Assembly (NCBI GenBank): GCA_028534125.1
Contig: CM052840.1
Span: 29,822,001 to 29,886,000, forward strand
Direction: 5' to 3'
Source of the DNA: Lama glama
Lineage: Eukaryota
Length of the DNA: 64,000 nt
The notes beneath the pieces were generated by a model. The model was given only the letters and a program-made list of their open reading frames with translations, was not told the DNA's origin and ran no database searches. Both the position numbers and the translations under genes were made by a program. Position 1 is the first letter of the stretch. Each line of letters opens with the position of its first letter. This document shows positions 35,091 to 48,110 of the stretch, piece after piece.

Positions 35091-37725
35091 GGGGTTGGGA
35101 CGTTCAGCTGCTGCAGACCCAGGCGGGTGGGGGGTGTAGAGGCCAAGGGACTAAGGGGAGAGGCCTGGCCACAGAACTGACAGCAAGAACCGGCCCCTCC
35201 CACGGGCAGCGCCAGAGCTCCGCCCCTGCCCTTCCCGGCCTCCAGCCCCCGAGGGGAGGCGGGAGAGAGGCTGCCGGTGGCAGGTGACCTTGGAGGGGAG
35301 AGGAGGCTGGGAAAGCCTTCCAGGACCAGGGATGAGCTGCGAGAAAACCTGGGGGCAGAGAAGAAGGATGGTGTGACAGGAAGCAGGCGAGAAGTTCTGG
35401 TGAACACAGGCAGTGGAGGGCGTCTGGCTGGAGCGAGGGGGCCAGCAGGGGCGCAGGGGCTTCTTTTGACCCGAACCCTGGGCCTGCGTCTTCTGCCACG
35501 GCTGTGGCGCTGGGGACCTCGAGGGGTATAATGGGGCGGCGGTGCCATCCTGTGTGTAGGCCATACCTCTGCATCTGACTCTGAGCCCCAACCAGCCTCA
35601 GCACGCCTTGGGTAAAGGAGGGTTCGGAGGCCTGGAGCTGGACGTGCGGAAGCCGAGGCTGTGTGGACCAGAGCTGCCTGGGGAGGGGTGGAAGTGAGGC
35701 GCAGCGGGAGGCAGAGTTTGCTGCGGGTTGGGTAACAGGTGTGGAGGAAATGGGAAAAGTTAAAACCAGGGAAGGGGGGATGGTTCATTCCCAAAGGCAG
35801 AAAGGGAGTGCAGTGTTTTATCCATCAAACGGAGTGTCTCCATGGGAGGGGTCTGCCTCCCGCCAGGGATGGAGCAGGTGGGGGAGGACCCAGTTCTGTC
35901 AAGACCCCCGACGCTGGGCGGGTGTGCCTGCCGCCCCGTGTGAGCGCCTCGGAGGCAGCCGATGTCTTCCTCCTGCACAATTTCCTTTTCTTGCCTGAAG
36001 ATGTTTCTTAACCCTTGACCTTTCATAGCCTGGCGAGAAAGTGGCAGAATGTGGGGCAGCCTGCACCCGGTTTTCCTGCAGCAATACAAGCTCTGACCTG
36101 CGGGTTCCGCTCTCCCTCCAGGGAGTTTCTTCAGTGCTACCTTTCTGAATACGTCTTCTGTCTCCTGTTTGGACGCCGTCCCTCAGAGACACCCATGCCC
36201 TGTGTGGAGGCACCTTTGTGTCCTCTGCTGTCTTGGCCGTTCGGTCTCGCCCAGCCTCACTCCGCACATCACCCAGCCTGTCTCTGACCCCAACCTGCCA
36301 TCAGCAGCTCCCTGTCTCACGCTCGTTGGCTGGTTTTTCCAGGATGCAGTTTGGTCCTCAGTGTCATTTTCCCTTTCATTTAAACTTTCTGTCTTTGAAA
36401 GAGCGTCTGTTTGTGGCAGAAGGCAGTTGTGACAAACGTCCTCTGTCCCTCGCTCGCTCACCAGCTGCATTTCCTTCTGGGCCCGGACCTTTCCCTGCGT
36501 TTGCACCATCTCCCCTCTCCCTCCATCTCCGCGCCGCGTGGTCTTTGTTCTGGCTTCTGCTGTGTCATCTTTGGGCCCCTCAGCCCCCTCCAAGCGGCAG
36601 TTTGTGGGCCAGGTTGTGGGTAAATTAGGGCCTGCCCACCTGGCGGTGCAGGCAGGGGAGTGTGCTCTGAGGGTCTCTCCGCAGAGTCAGCCTGTGTTAG
36701 CTACAAGCTCACTCCCCGCGCCCAGGAGTTCCCTTGGGCTTCAAGTCGCTCCCCAATTCAGTGAGGAGCCTGGACCCTTCATGTCACTGCCTCCTTTTAC
36801 CCGCCCCCTTGGAAGCCCACGCGCAGTGGGGAGAGAAAGACAGACTGGGGATTTCAGGGAGAGCCTTCGGGATTTGGGCTTTTTGCCAGTTCGATTTCTG
36901 GACCGAGAGGCCGACGAGGGGCCAGCACGTTTGCTCGGCCTCCAGTTCTGGCCGTTTGTCCACGTGAAGCTGTGTGTCTGCCCTTGTCTGTTGCTACTTG
37001 GGGTAATTGCTGTGGGGCAGGAGCCTTGTTTCTACTGTTTTCGTTCCTTCCATTGGGAGCCGGAGAACGGCAGGCCAGCACCTACTTTCAGTCACTCTTG
37101 ACCTTGGGAGCCTCTCCCAGACTGACCTCCCGCCTCTCTCCCAACACGTGGTCCGGCCAAACCCTCACCATCCCGCACACCCCGCCGCCTCACCTGTGTC
37201 CTCCGCCCGGCAGGCCCTTCCCTCTGCGTGTCCGCACCGCGACCCTCGTGATCCCGTGCCAGACACGGCCCCCATGAAGCCCTCCCCGGCTCCTCTGGCC
37301 TCGCCAGTTGCCCGTTTCCGAAATCGCCCACAGCTCCCTCCAGCTCTAACAGAAAGCGCGGCCTTCAACTACACGGGGTCTGCAGTGGTTTGCTGTTGGC
37401 TCCCAAAATGCGTCTGAGTTAGGCAGGTCCTGGGAGCAGGACCGCAGAGGAAGCCTCAGCCTCGGGCCCTGTCGCTGAGCCCCTCCCCACGGGCCTGGCA
37501 GGAGCCCACTTCGGCCTTGGCCCGGGCTCCCCTCTGGCCTGTTCCTTCCATGAAATCTCAGCAGTGTTGCCCGTGGGCAGTCCTGCCTCGGAGGCTGTGG
37601 CTTCAGAAGTCCGTCCCGGCCCAGTCACTTTCTGGCCCCTGTGGTCACTCAGTCGGCGCGTCTGCTGCCCCTCCCCCAGCCGGATGCGGGGGCACCTGTC
37701 CTGACATGTCTGTCCCCCCACACAG

Positions 37726-37797
37726 GCATCTGCACAACAATCGCATCGAGCACCTGGGGGCCCACAGCTTCGAGGGGCTGCACAGCCTGGAGACTCT
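37726..37797 (+). CDS. LGR6: LGR6 exon 6 (72 nt, [24 protein letters not shown])
   Basis: cacacag acceptor, gtgagt donor, LRR. Confidence 0.96.
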
Positions 37798-40700
37798 GTG
37801 AGTGCCGCGTTGTCGGGGGGGGGGCACCCTGCTGCCTGGGGCCGGGGATCCCGCATCCTGGAGGGCGGGGGCAGCGGGCAGGCCAGCTGGACTGGGCTGC
37901 TGGGGTGTGGCCCTTCTCTGGAGTGTCACTCCCAGAGGATTCCTTCCTCCTTTGGGGGTTGGAGGTGCCCTCTGGGGGTTCAGGGTGGCCCTGCCCACGG
38001 AGAGACCAGAACGATGAAGCTGTTAGACAGAAGTGGGACTGCCAGGAGAAGCTGGGCGAGTCTGGGTACGAAGCCTGGGAAATGGAAGGCTCGGGTGGGC
38101 CGAGGCGGACGTGGTGGCCGTCCCGACGTCTGCTGGAGGGGGATGCTTACGATGCCATCTGACTAGCTGAACGGCTGCTGGGCAGGGCACCCAGTCGGCA
38201 CCCAAGTTGCTGATTCTTGAAAAGCCACATTATTCACACATCATCATCCTGGAATTCAGTTCAGGTCAGAATGCACCCAAGCCCTCCCCCATCTCCTCTG
38301 GAGTCCACCAGTCCCTGGGGAGTGGGCTGTACCAGCCCTAAATGAGCACAGAGCGGGCCAGGATAAGCACGTCGGCCCGCCAGCTGATCCCGCAGCTCCC
38401 ACGAGCGGTGCGCTGGGGCGCGCGGAGAGGAGGCCCCCAGGTCACCGAGTGTGAGCCCCAGGCTGGGGAAGGGCTCCCGGTGTCAGGGGCCTGGTTAGGT
38501 TTCTCTCGCCCCCCTGCTGTGCCCCCCAGTCACGCACCAGCCCCTCACCCCACACACAAGCGTCATTCTAGAGCTGCGAGGTTTCAGGAAACCAGAGAAG
38601 AAAACGCTGGGATGAGTTGTGACCCGAGGAAGCAAGAGTTTGGGAAAACCATTTGGCAAATCCGAGCCAGAGGCCTGGGCCTGGGCTGTCTGCGTTTGCG
38701 GCGGCCGAGGGAAGGGGATGGGGAAGTGGAGACCAAGGCACGGGCTGTCCTGTGCTCCACCCGACAGGAAACACAGCAGAGCGGGGTCCAGCTCTCAGCT
38801 AACTGATGCCCGAATGTGGGGTGGGTGTGTGCCCCAGCTGGAGTCAGGAAAGCTGGGACCTCTCCTGACTGCTGTGTGTGGCATGGGCCGCGTGCCTCCC
38901 TCTCCAGCTGTCACAGGCAGCCAGGCAGTGAAACTGGACAGTCAAGGCTGCTGGGTCAACACGCCGGGAAATAGAGGTCAGGGAGCTGGCGTGGCCACCA
39001 CAGTTACCCCCCGACAGGATGGAGTGGACCGAGGGCGGGTGAGCTGAGAAACATGCTTGGAGTCCCCAGCTACTCCTCAGCCTTCTGGGCATGTGTGCTC
39101 CGTTCTGGGAGCTGGGGAGCCCCACCGTAAGGACGGCCTTCACCCCTGAAGGCCGTGCCACAGCCGCCCCACCTTGGGGGATCAGGAGGTTGGGAGCACG
39201 TCTGGAGCTGCTGGGCACCGCAGAGCAGCAGGGCGTGCGCGCGTCTGCCCAGAAACCGGGCTGGGCACACACTGGGTGGGGCTGGCACCCCTAAAAACCC
39301 ACCTAGCAGCTATTTCTCCACTTCTGGGGCGCGCTGCCCTACTCCTTCCCAGCGAGGCCTGGATGGCTGCTCAGGCTGTCTGGCTTCGCGGGCGCTGGCT
39401 GAGCTACAGAGCAGCCCTGCCGCCAGTGCCCTGTTCCTATCCTCCGCTCGCCACGTGGCCCCGGCCTGCGCCCACTTTGCAGGTGAGTGGCCCAAGGCAG
39501 AGCGAACAGCTCCATGGAGGCAGAGCCGCCTGGCGGCCAAACCCGCCGCCCCCGCCTCAGACGCCCGCTCTCTGGGCTGGGCCCAGTCGTGGTCTCTGCG
39601 GGCCTGTCCACAGTCCTGGTGACGTGGCCTCACGGCACTGGCGCGTGGGTGACAGCTGACGGGTGTGGCGCTCAGACGGAGCCCGGTGCACTGTGCTGGG
39701 GACGTGCGCCCACCCACCTCCTCTCCACCTCCCCCCAGGGCCTCACTCTCAACACCCTCCTGCCCCTCCCTTGAGGGGCAGGTTCTTCTTCCAACTTTTG
39801 ATCTGAAATTAAAACAGGGGAGAGGGTGCTCTTTATCCTCCATCACCCCAGAGCATGGCTGGGGGCCTGGGGGCAGCCAGATGTGCAGGGAGGAGTGGCT
39901 GGGAGAATAAAAGGAGGCAGGAGATGGCAAACCTTTCATTGCTGCATAGTTGGCTTGCTCTGCAGCTTTCACATGTGCCTCCTCAGGGCAGGGCAGGTGC
40001 CCCGGGGTCCCATCATCTGGGCCACTTAGGCCCTCTCATCTGTGCAGCGGAGGCAAGATCAAACCCTCCTGCCTGAGCGCCGGGTTGGGTGGGTCTGCAG
40101 GCTCCTCTCAGGAGGGAGAGCGGCCCCCAGCCCTTCCCCCGGCCAGGGCGCACATGCACGTGCACACGGCCACATGGCCACCCAGCCGCCGCACCACACG
40201 CAGGAGGGTGCGCAAGCCCGTCGAGCATACGCCGGGCAGCCCCACCACAGCACGGGGGCACTCATGGCAATGTGGCTTCTGTCACGACCTCTGCGCTGGA
40301 GGCCCGGCTGCCCAGGTCCCACCCCGAGTCCACCTCTGTGAGCCGGGTTGGCCTGAGCAGGAGGCCTCCCCTCAGTGCACGGGCGCCCCCATTGGCACCT
40401 CGATGGGCCACATCAGAAGCCGAGGAGGAAGTGAAACCAGCACACCGAAGCCCTCTCTCCAAAAGAGCCGAGCAAGGCAAGGTGGCCGCAGGGCTGGGCC
40501 GGAGCGGCTGCGTGGCTCTCTCGCGGAGCAGAACGAGCACGCAGGCCGCGGGGCAGCTCTGCGGAGGTGCGACCGCACCGGGAGAGGCTCTGGAGACAGC
40601 ACTCCTGCTCCCTGAGGCCGTCACCACCAGTCCCAACCTGCCAGGCAGACAGGGTGGGCTCTAGCCTGTGACCACGCCTCCCTTCTGCGCTGCCCCCCGG

Positions 40701-41314
40701 AAAACGCAGCACCAGAGGTGGGCCGGCCCAGCCTGTGAAGTACTCGCTCCAACACTTTCCGGAGGAGAGCAAACCCAGAGATGTGGGGTGAGGTGCCCGA
40801 GTTTCTACAGTTTGTACGTGACCGTCAACCACCAGAACCCCAACCTCCGGCTCCCGGGCGCGCAGATTGACTGCAGGACTTCCCAAGTGTCTGGGCTGAG
40901 AAGTGAGAGAAGGCAGGACCCCGAGCGGCTCTGGGAAGGTTCCCCAGGGCCCTTAGGTCAGTGTTTGGAAGTCATGCCTGGAGACCGAGGGTGGTGTTCA
41001 GGCTGTTGTGAGGCCCTCGAATCCCCAGCGTGGCACCACAGCGAGAGAGTGGGGAGCGCCTCACAGCCCCAAAGTGCCTGTCCCGGAGCCCAGGGCCCCG
41101 TGGGAGCTTAGCTGGCGCTGCTCTTCTCTCCTGCCCTCCTGCTTACTGCCCGAGGGACACAGCGAGCCTTTCCTCCCCGGCCCCCCTCCCTCCTTCACAG
41201 CACGTCTGAAGGCAGGAGGGTGCTGCCCATGGCGGCATTTCGTGGTGGCCCGTGGTGTGACCCATCTCCTGTGTGGGGCGGGCCGGGACGCCGGGGCAGT
41301 CAGGGCGTGGACAC

Positions 41315-41746
41315 TGTGTCAGTTTCCTGTGGCTGCTGCAACACATCGCCACGAGCTTTGTGGCTTAAAAAATAGAAACCCAGAAATGTATTTCCACACA
41401 GTTTTGAAAGTCAGAAGTCGAAAGTCAGGATGTCGGCAGGGCTGGTTCCTTCGGGAAGGTCTGAGGCCTCTCCCGCCGCCTGGGGCTGTTGGCCATCCCT
41501 CGTGCTCCTGGGCTTGGGGGTGCGTCCTGGTCGTCTCCACTTCTGTCTTCTCATGGCCTCTGCAAGTATCCTCTTCTTATGAGGACGCCGGTCGTTGGGT
41601 TTGGGGCCCACCCTGGCAATCCAGGGACCCTGAGGAGATCCTTAATTACATCTGCAAAGACCCTTTTCCTCACTAAGGTCGCCCGCAGAGCTTCCCGGGG
41701 TAGGCCTGGGACGTGTGTTCTGGAGACTGCAGTTCAGTCCACCGCG
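41315..41746. mobile_element. MLT1B/C-like MaLR LTR
   Basis: TGTGTCAGTTTCCTGTGGCTGCTGCAACA...TGGCTTAAAA...GATCCTTAATTACATCTGCAAAGACCCTTTT...CAGTTCAGTCCAC. Confidence 0.8.
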
Positions 41747-43189
41747 GCTGCCCTCGGGTAGGCTCCGTGGCAGGGCCCTCAGGGGCCGTTGATGGGGGCA
41801 GGGGTCCAGACCGTCTGGGGGCACGTTAGTAGATGGGTCGGGGGTCCAGGGGAGTCTCGTTGGTTTGCCTCCTGGTTTTAAGGCAAGTGCCGATCGTTCC
41901 ACAGGGAACTCCCTGCAGCTGAGAAAACTGAAATTTTTTCTGAAAGGCTGCTGCTTCTCCTGTCTCGTTTCTCACCCCCCACACCCGACCACTTGTTGAG
42001 GAAGACAAAGCAGGGGTTACATGTCTGTGGTCACAGGTGGGGAGGCTGAGGCGGACAGTGGCTGGCCTGCTCGAGGGACACAGCTCGTCAGAGCCAGGAC
42101 GAGGGCGGGGCTGCCAGGCTTCGGCCCGTGCCAGCCGGTCAGAGCGCGGCCTCTGAGGCTAACCCGTGAGACGTGAGGAATTCTCCCCTCACCAGTTCTT
42201 AATCATCTTACATTTGTGGGCTTATTAGCTGCAGTCTGGTGGGGGTTTGTGGCTCAGAGAAGAATTTATTTTCCATATAAAACTTTTCTTCTGGCTGTTC
42301 CCACAGAACCACTAATGACTTCTGACAGGCAGGAGACCCAGCTCCCAGTGCGTCTGCCGTGCGCCACAACCAGGGCGGGTCATCAGTCGTTCTCCCAGCA
42401 GACACCCCTCTCCCACCACCCGGCCCTGGGGTAGCCAAGCCCACCGTCCGTCCCTGCTGTCACCGCTCCCTTCCTCCCCAGCCGGCGGCAGCGCCGACGC
42501 TTCTGCTTGGAATGTCCCCTTGCCCCAGGCACCCGGCCAGCTGGTTTGGGATGGAGGGGGTGGGAAGCTGTGGGACGGGTGGGGAGCCCGCCTGGTGGGG
42601 CCCCCCCTGCAGCCCCTGGGCAGCAGCTTCCCTGGCTGATACCGTGGAGAGTAAGTCCGACCCTCAATCCCTGTGGGAAGGAGGAGCTGGCAGGAATCGG
42701 AGCTCACCACTCTTTTCTCTTGTGTTTCTCTAGTTCACTCGTTCCATGAATATTCACCGAGTGTCCAGTGTGGGCCAGCAACCACACCACAGAGACCAAA
42801 GGGCTCTAGGCTGGGGGTCTTGAGGGCTTCTTAACTTACCACCAACACCCTGTGCCAGCATTTCTGCCCCCAGTACCCAAACTCCCGACCTTGGGACCCC
42901 CAGGCTCCACTCCTCCTTGCCTTGTCCCTCTGCGTCCCCAGCCAGCCTCACTCCTTTCCATCCTGAGCATTTGCTGATGATTCCAGCCCAGAAGTCATCT
43001 CTCTCCTGGATCCAGATGCGATACCCAGAGCTCCCACAGATCGTGGAACCCCCCGCCTCCCCACAGCCCCTGCACCGGAACCCCCTCCACCCAGAACACC
43101 CCCCACCAGAACCTCCCCTTGGTCCACCCACTGGAAGCACCGCGCCCCCCTGCGGAGACAGCTCTGCTCCCACGGCTGCTTAGGCCATG

Positions 43190-43835
43190 ACCCTGGGTGA
43201 CCCTCCCCTCTCACATCTCACATCCCACGTCCGAGCAGTCAGCAGATGTGCTCCATCTCTGAATGCTGACTTCAAACGCTGCTGTCACCAGGCTGGCCAA
43301 GTCTCCCCCGGTGATTGTGACGGGCTCTGGTCTGGTGACCCTTTTCATCCTGTCCTCTGCAGCCTGTACCTGACACAGCAGATCAGGTCATGCCGCCCCT
43401 CTGTTCAAACCCTCCAATGTCTCCCGGCCACTCTGGAAAGAAGCCAGTGCTGCACTGGCCTTGGCCTCGCCGTCCTCGGTCTGCCCCACCAGGAGGGGCT
43501 CTCACACAGCACTACGCTGGCCTCAGGACCTTTGCACTGGCTGTCTCCTTTGTCTGGAATGCTCTCTCCATAGTCAGGGCTTCGTTCAGGTATCATCTTG
43601 TAGTGAGATCCTCCCCTACCATCTTGCAGCTTCTTCCTGGCCTTCTCCACCCTTTCCTGTGTCGTTCTCTGCACGGCACTACCACAGTCTGATAGCCTAT
43701 GTTATTTGTTGACTGATCTCATCCGTCATCTGTCCCCATCCCTCCTGAGTTCTGTCCACTGTGGTCCTTGCTGCACCAGCCACGGGCTGCATAGGGAGGT
43801 GCTCGATGAGTACTTGTTGGACAAATGAGTGGATG
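43190..43835 (+). mobile_element. LINE-2 3' fragment
   Basis: TCAGGTCATG...TCTGTTCAAACCCTCCAATG, CCTCAGGACCTTTGCACTGGCTGT...CTGGAATGCTCT, GGTGCTCGATGAGTACTTGTTGGACAAATGAGTG. Confidence 0.78.
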
Positions 43836-46800
43836 TGTGGCCCCTGATTCCTCTCTGGGCTTCAGCTTCTCTCCCTGAGCTGTGAGCATTGGACGATCTA
43901 GCCTCCAGGGACCCCCAGCTCTGATCACCCATACCCGGACCTCCCCCCTGAGCGCAGCTTAATCACCCACAGCCCAGGGGTAGCACAGATGCCCCGTGCT
44001 CTCTAACTTCAAGAAACGCCCTGGATGTCGGCCGAACCCACCAGGATGTCCCTCGTCCTTGTCTTCAGTGAGGTCCTTTCCCAACAGTCCTGTGGTTCAG
44101 ACTTTAGGGCCCTGACTTCAGATCAGCCGTGCTCTGCTCTGGGCAAGAGCACCTCAGAGCCTTCAGGCCCCCCGACTGGCGGGCCCACGGTGTCCAGGTG
44201 AGGGCAAGCTGCCCACACCGGCAGGACCCAGTCCTGCTCTGGTGTCGTGTCTTAGAGTGACAGGGCTTTTCTTTCTGGGGAAGGTGCTGAGAACGTGGAC
44301 CGTCGACAAACCTCGATTCAAAGAGCGTGGGTTAAGCTGTGTTGTGGTCACGCGACGGCTGGGGTAAGGGCTGCTGGAAGAAGTGAAGGGGGTGTTCTGG
44401 CTCAGGATGAGGGTGGGGGCGCGGCCCCGGGCACCACAGAGCCTGCCTGTGGGGAGTCCAGGCAGAGGCCAGGCCTGGCCAGCTGGGGCCCCAGGGCTGG
44501 TCCCGGGGCGGGGTGAACTATTAGCTCCCCGTTCCCTTCCGGTCTCAGCTTCTCCGGTCTGATGCCTCGTTAGCGCAGCTTGTCATCTCAGTGTCAGAAC
44601 CAGCCGATCTGCCAACCAACCATTCAGACCAGCCTCGCTGCTGCTCCAGGTGCTTAGTGCGCTGTCTCCCCGGCGCTGCCGGGAAGAGGGCGCAGGTGGA
44701 GGGAGAGGGGAAGGAGGCCACGTCTGTCTCTCCTAGAACCTGAGGACAGTTTTACTAATCGCTGTGCTTGCTAATGGGTGGCCTGTTACGTAGGCTGTTT
44801 AGACAGTAAAACAGTGCTTTTAGTTATAACGCTGGTTCCTGGCTCCCCAGGGCATCTGCCCCAGGTGTGTGGGGTCAGATTCAAGGCCCAGGCTTGGCAA
44901 TCAAGTCACTGCTCAGCAGCTCTCCCGCCTCCACTCCCGCCTCCGGGACATAAAAGTGGCTCGGGGTTTACAGTCTCCCAGAAACGTCTGTTTTGTGTTT
45001 TGCTTGGGAGCTGGGCTCACCCACATTCCTCTGTGTGCCTCTATCTGTGATCTAGTGATGAGCAGATTCCAGCCTAGAGAGCAGACGTGTAAGCGGAAAC
45101 CCAGTTAATGAGATGATCCTTTGTGGCTGTGAAGAGTAGAGACCACTTGTGTGTCTGCCGTCTGTTCTGGAGCCTCGTGTCCCGGAAAGGAGGAGGAGGA
45201 GGGGGAGTCGCGTTGTGTGAGCGTCTACCCGGCAGGCTCTGGACCAGGCGGCAGAGCTGCCCTGTGCCAGGGTCCTCGGCTCACAGGCGCAGAGCTGTGA
45301 CTGGTCCCAGAGGACAGGACCTCTTCCACTGTAAAGCAGAAATCCATCCAATGACCCTGGCCTCCAGGTCAGGGTCGTTGGCTTGGACCGGCTCAGAAGC
45401 AGCCGGGAAAAACTGGCCCCTCTGTCTGTCCTCCTTCCTGGACTCCCTAAAACCTTGCTCTGGCCCCACTGCTCAGAGCCCAGCGGGAGGCACTCTGTGT
45501 GGCTTGCAGGATGTGTTAGCCAGAAGCTTGCAAGATTGGCTTCGGGTCCAGGTGCTGGGACGTGCAGGGAGAGACCGTCTCCCTCCCAGCCTGTTTCCTC
45601 ATCAGCAGAAATAAGGGGCTGGACACAGTGACCGTCACCTCCTGTGCTGTGCTCTGAAACTGCAGTGGGGGTCCCGGGGGTCCCAGGAGTGGCCGTTTCT
45701 GCACAGCCAAACAGAAAGGAGAAACACAGGGACTTGGGTCCCTGAGCGCCACGTGGCTGGGGTCTTCTCAGCTGCTTTTACTGGCTGCTCCAGCCATCAG
45801 CCCTGCTTGGATGTGGGGTAAAGCCACCGAGCAGAGACGAGGGACAGCCGCGGACAGCCGTAGCTTCCAGACGCGCCCTGGCTGGATCTGGGAACACTTC
45901 TCTTCAACCTCAGCCCTTCCTGTCTGCTCCCAGCTCCCAGGAGCAGACAGAACAGTCCACTCTTCCTGGGCTTCTGGCTGATTCTGGGCTGTTAAAGATA
46001 ATAGACCACAATCCATGGGCGGGTTTTCCAGCCAAAGTTCAGGGCGTGGTGAACCACCTGCCATGGAAGAGTCAGACTAAAGCAGCTTGGGCCGTGGGAG
46101 GCCTTTCCTGCAGCTTCCTAGAGCCTGCAGGTGGCTGTTCTGTGAGTCCTGAGCCGACGGCGGTAGGCACCACTTCCACCCTTCTTCCCCAGAGAGGCCG
46201 GCATGTGGCCACACCAACCACGGAAGCTGGGAGACACCAGCTGCGTCCTGCTGTTCCTCTGGTCACTGCAGGACAGCACTGTCCAGCAGCACCTCCCATG
46301 AGAATGGAAAGGTTCTGAATATGGCAGCTGCAGTGTGGCTGGGAAAACCAAGGGCTGAACGTCCAGTTTTATTAACGTGTGATTAAATTCTGTAGCTCCC
46401 AGGGCAGTACAGCCATGGGGAGGAGGGTGGTTCGGGTGGACAGCGGTTCCGGCCACGGCCATTTAACAACTAGGGGTGTGGGCAGCTTGCGTTACACGTG
46501 TGCCCACGTCCCTCAGCCGAACAGCAGGTGTGGCGGAGCATTGCCTCTCGGGCTGCGGTGGGAGTCGAGGTCCTTCAAGCAGGGCACGCAGCCTGGCAAG
46601 CGTCCGAGGACAAGCTGGAGCAGACGCAGCCCCCCCCCCGCCCCCCAGGTCGGGCCCTTTGCCCAACCAGACCACACCGCTGTTCTCTCCAAGCCCCGAG
46701 TGCTCTTCCTCTAGACCGCGCTCTGCTCCCCCCGCGCCTCCCTTCTCCTCCCCGAGGCCCCACTCTGCCGGCAGGACCTGGTCCCAGTGCCACATCTCCA

Positions 46801-47699
46801 CCAAGGGCCCGGTCTTCCCAGCCTCACCACCGCCCGGTGCCTGGGTCCCGCAGGCCCGCCCGCGTCCACTGACTGGATGGGGGTTTCTCTGCTCTCTCCC
46901 TTCCCACTTGGCCCAGTGGGGTCCTCTGTGTTTGGGCGGGTGAGGCAGACACCGTTGACCTGCACCAGATCCACTGGGACAGAGAGGGCTGCCGGGGGGG
47001 CTCTGGACAGTTAGGGCTGGCGGTCCATCCACGCGGCGCCAAGTGCAGTGGGGCTCCTACCCGCGTCAGCAGCTCTGCGGAGACACCCAGAGGGGCACAG
47101 GCAGGCCACCTCTTTGGCGTGTGGTTTGCAAAATTCTTTTTGATGTTTGTATAATTTTTACTCTCCCACATTTTTCTACAAAAATAGCCTTTTTGTTCAC
47201 ATGCCTTTCACCATGGTCCTTTTCCCACTGTCTGTTAGGCCGCTGCTGGCACCGTTCCTGACCAGAAGCTGCCGAGGAGGCCTGGGACCATGCAGTCTGG
47301 CTGCCTGGTCGTGGGCCAAGGAAGTGTAGAGGGGCCGGTGATAGCAGGGTCCCGGGGGACCTGTCCCGTGGTCTCGGGCCCCGAGGGTCCTGCTCAGGAC
47401 GGTCTGGTGCCTTTGTGACATCAACTCCAAACCTCAAGGCTGCCCAACCTCCCCCCAACCCCGATCTCCAGATTCCTTTGAGAATCCGTTAGTGTTTCTC
47501 ATTAATCAACTCATCTCACCGTTTCATTCACTCGTTTGCTCGTGAAACAAGTGCTCTGTGCCAGGGCGCCTCTGGTGCTTAAACTAGCAAACAGCGAAGG
47601 TTCTGTTTTCAGAAAACGTTCATTCCAGTCGGTTGGGAGTAAAATGAACAAGTGTCTGTCAGATGTCAATGTGTTATGTGAGAAAAAGAAAGCAGGGTG

Positions 47700-48110
47700 T
47701 CTCACTGTGTGTCACTGCACCACACGTCACCCAAGAACCGAGAGGCTCAAAACAACAGCTAGCAACTTCTCCTGGATCTGTGGAGCGGCTGGGCACTCAT
47801 CCGGGCAGACCTCCTGCTGGAGGGACTGGTCACAAAGGCTCTATCTGCGGGAGGCCCCACGGGGCCGGAGGCGAGGACGCCCCCCACGTCCGGGGCCACG
47901 GTGCCTGCCGTCGGCTGGCCTGCCTTCTCCGTGTAGCTCTGTCATCCAGGAGGGAGGCCGGCCGGGCGTCCTTACGGGTGCAGAGAGCATTCATACTCCG
48001 TGACTCAGGTCCTACAGTGTCACCTCCGCCCCGTTCTGCTGGTCAGTGCCCACGAGGTCAGGCCAGTCTCAAGGAGCCCCCTTGACAGGAGAGGCCACAA
48101 AGGCCTTGAG
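47700..48110. mobile_element. Old MLT1-like LTR remnant
   Basis: CACCCAAGAACCGAGAGGCTCAAAACAACAG...CAGTGTCACCTCCGCCCCGTTCTGCTGGTCA; weak similarity. Confidence 0.45.
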
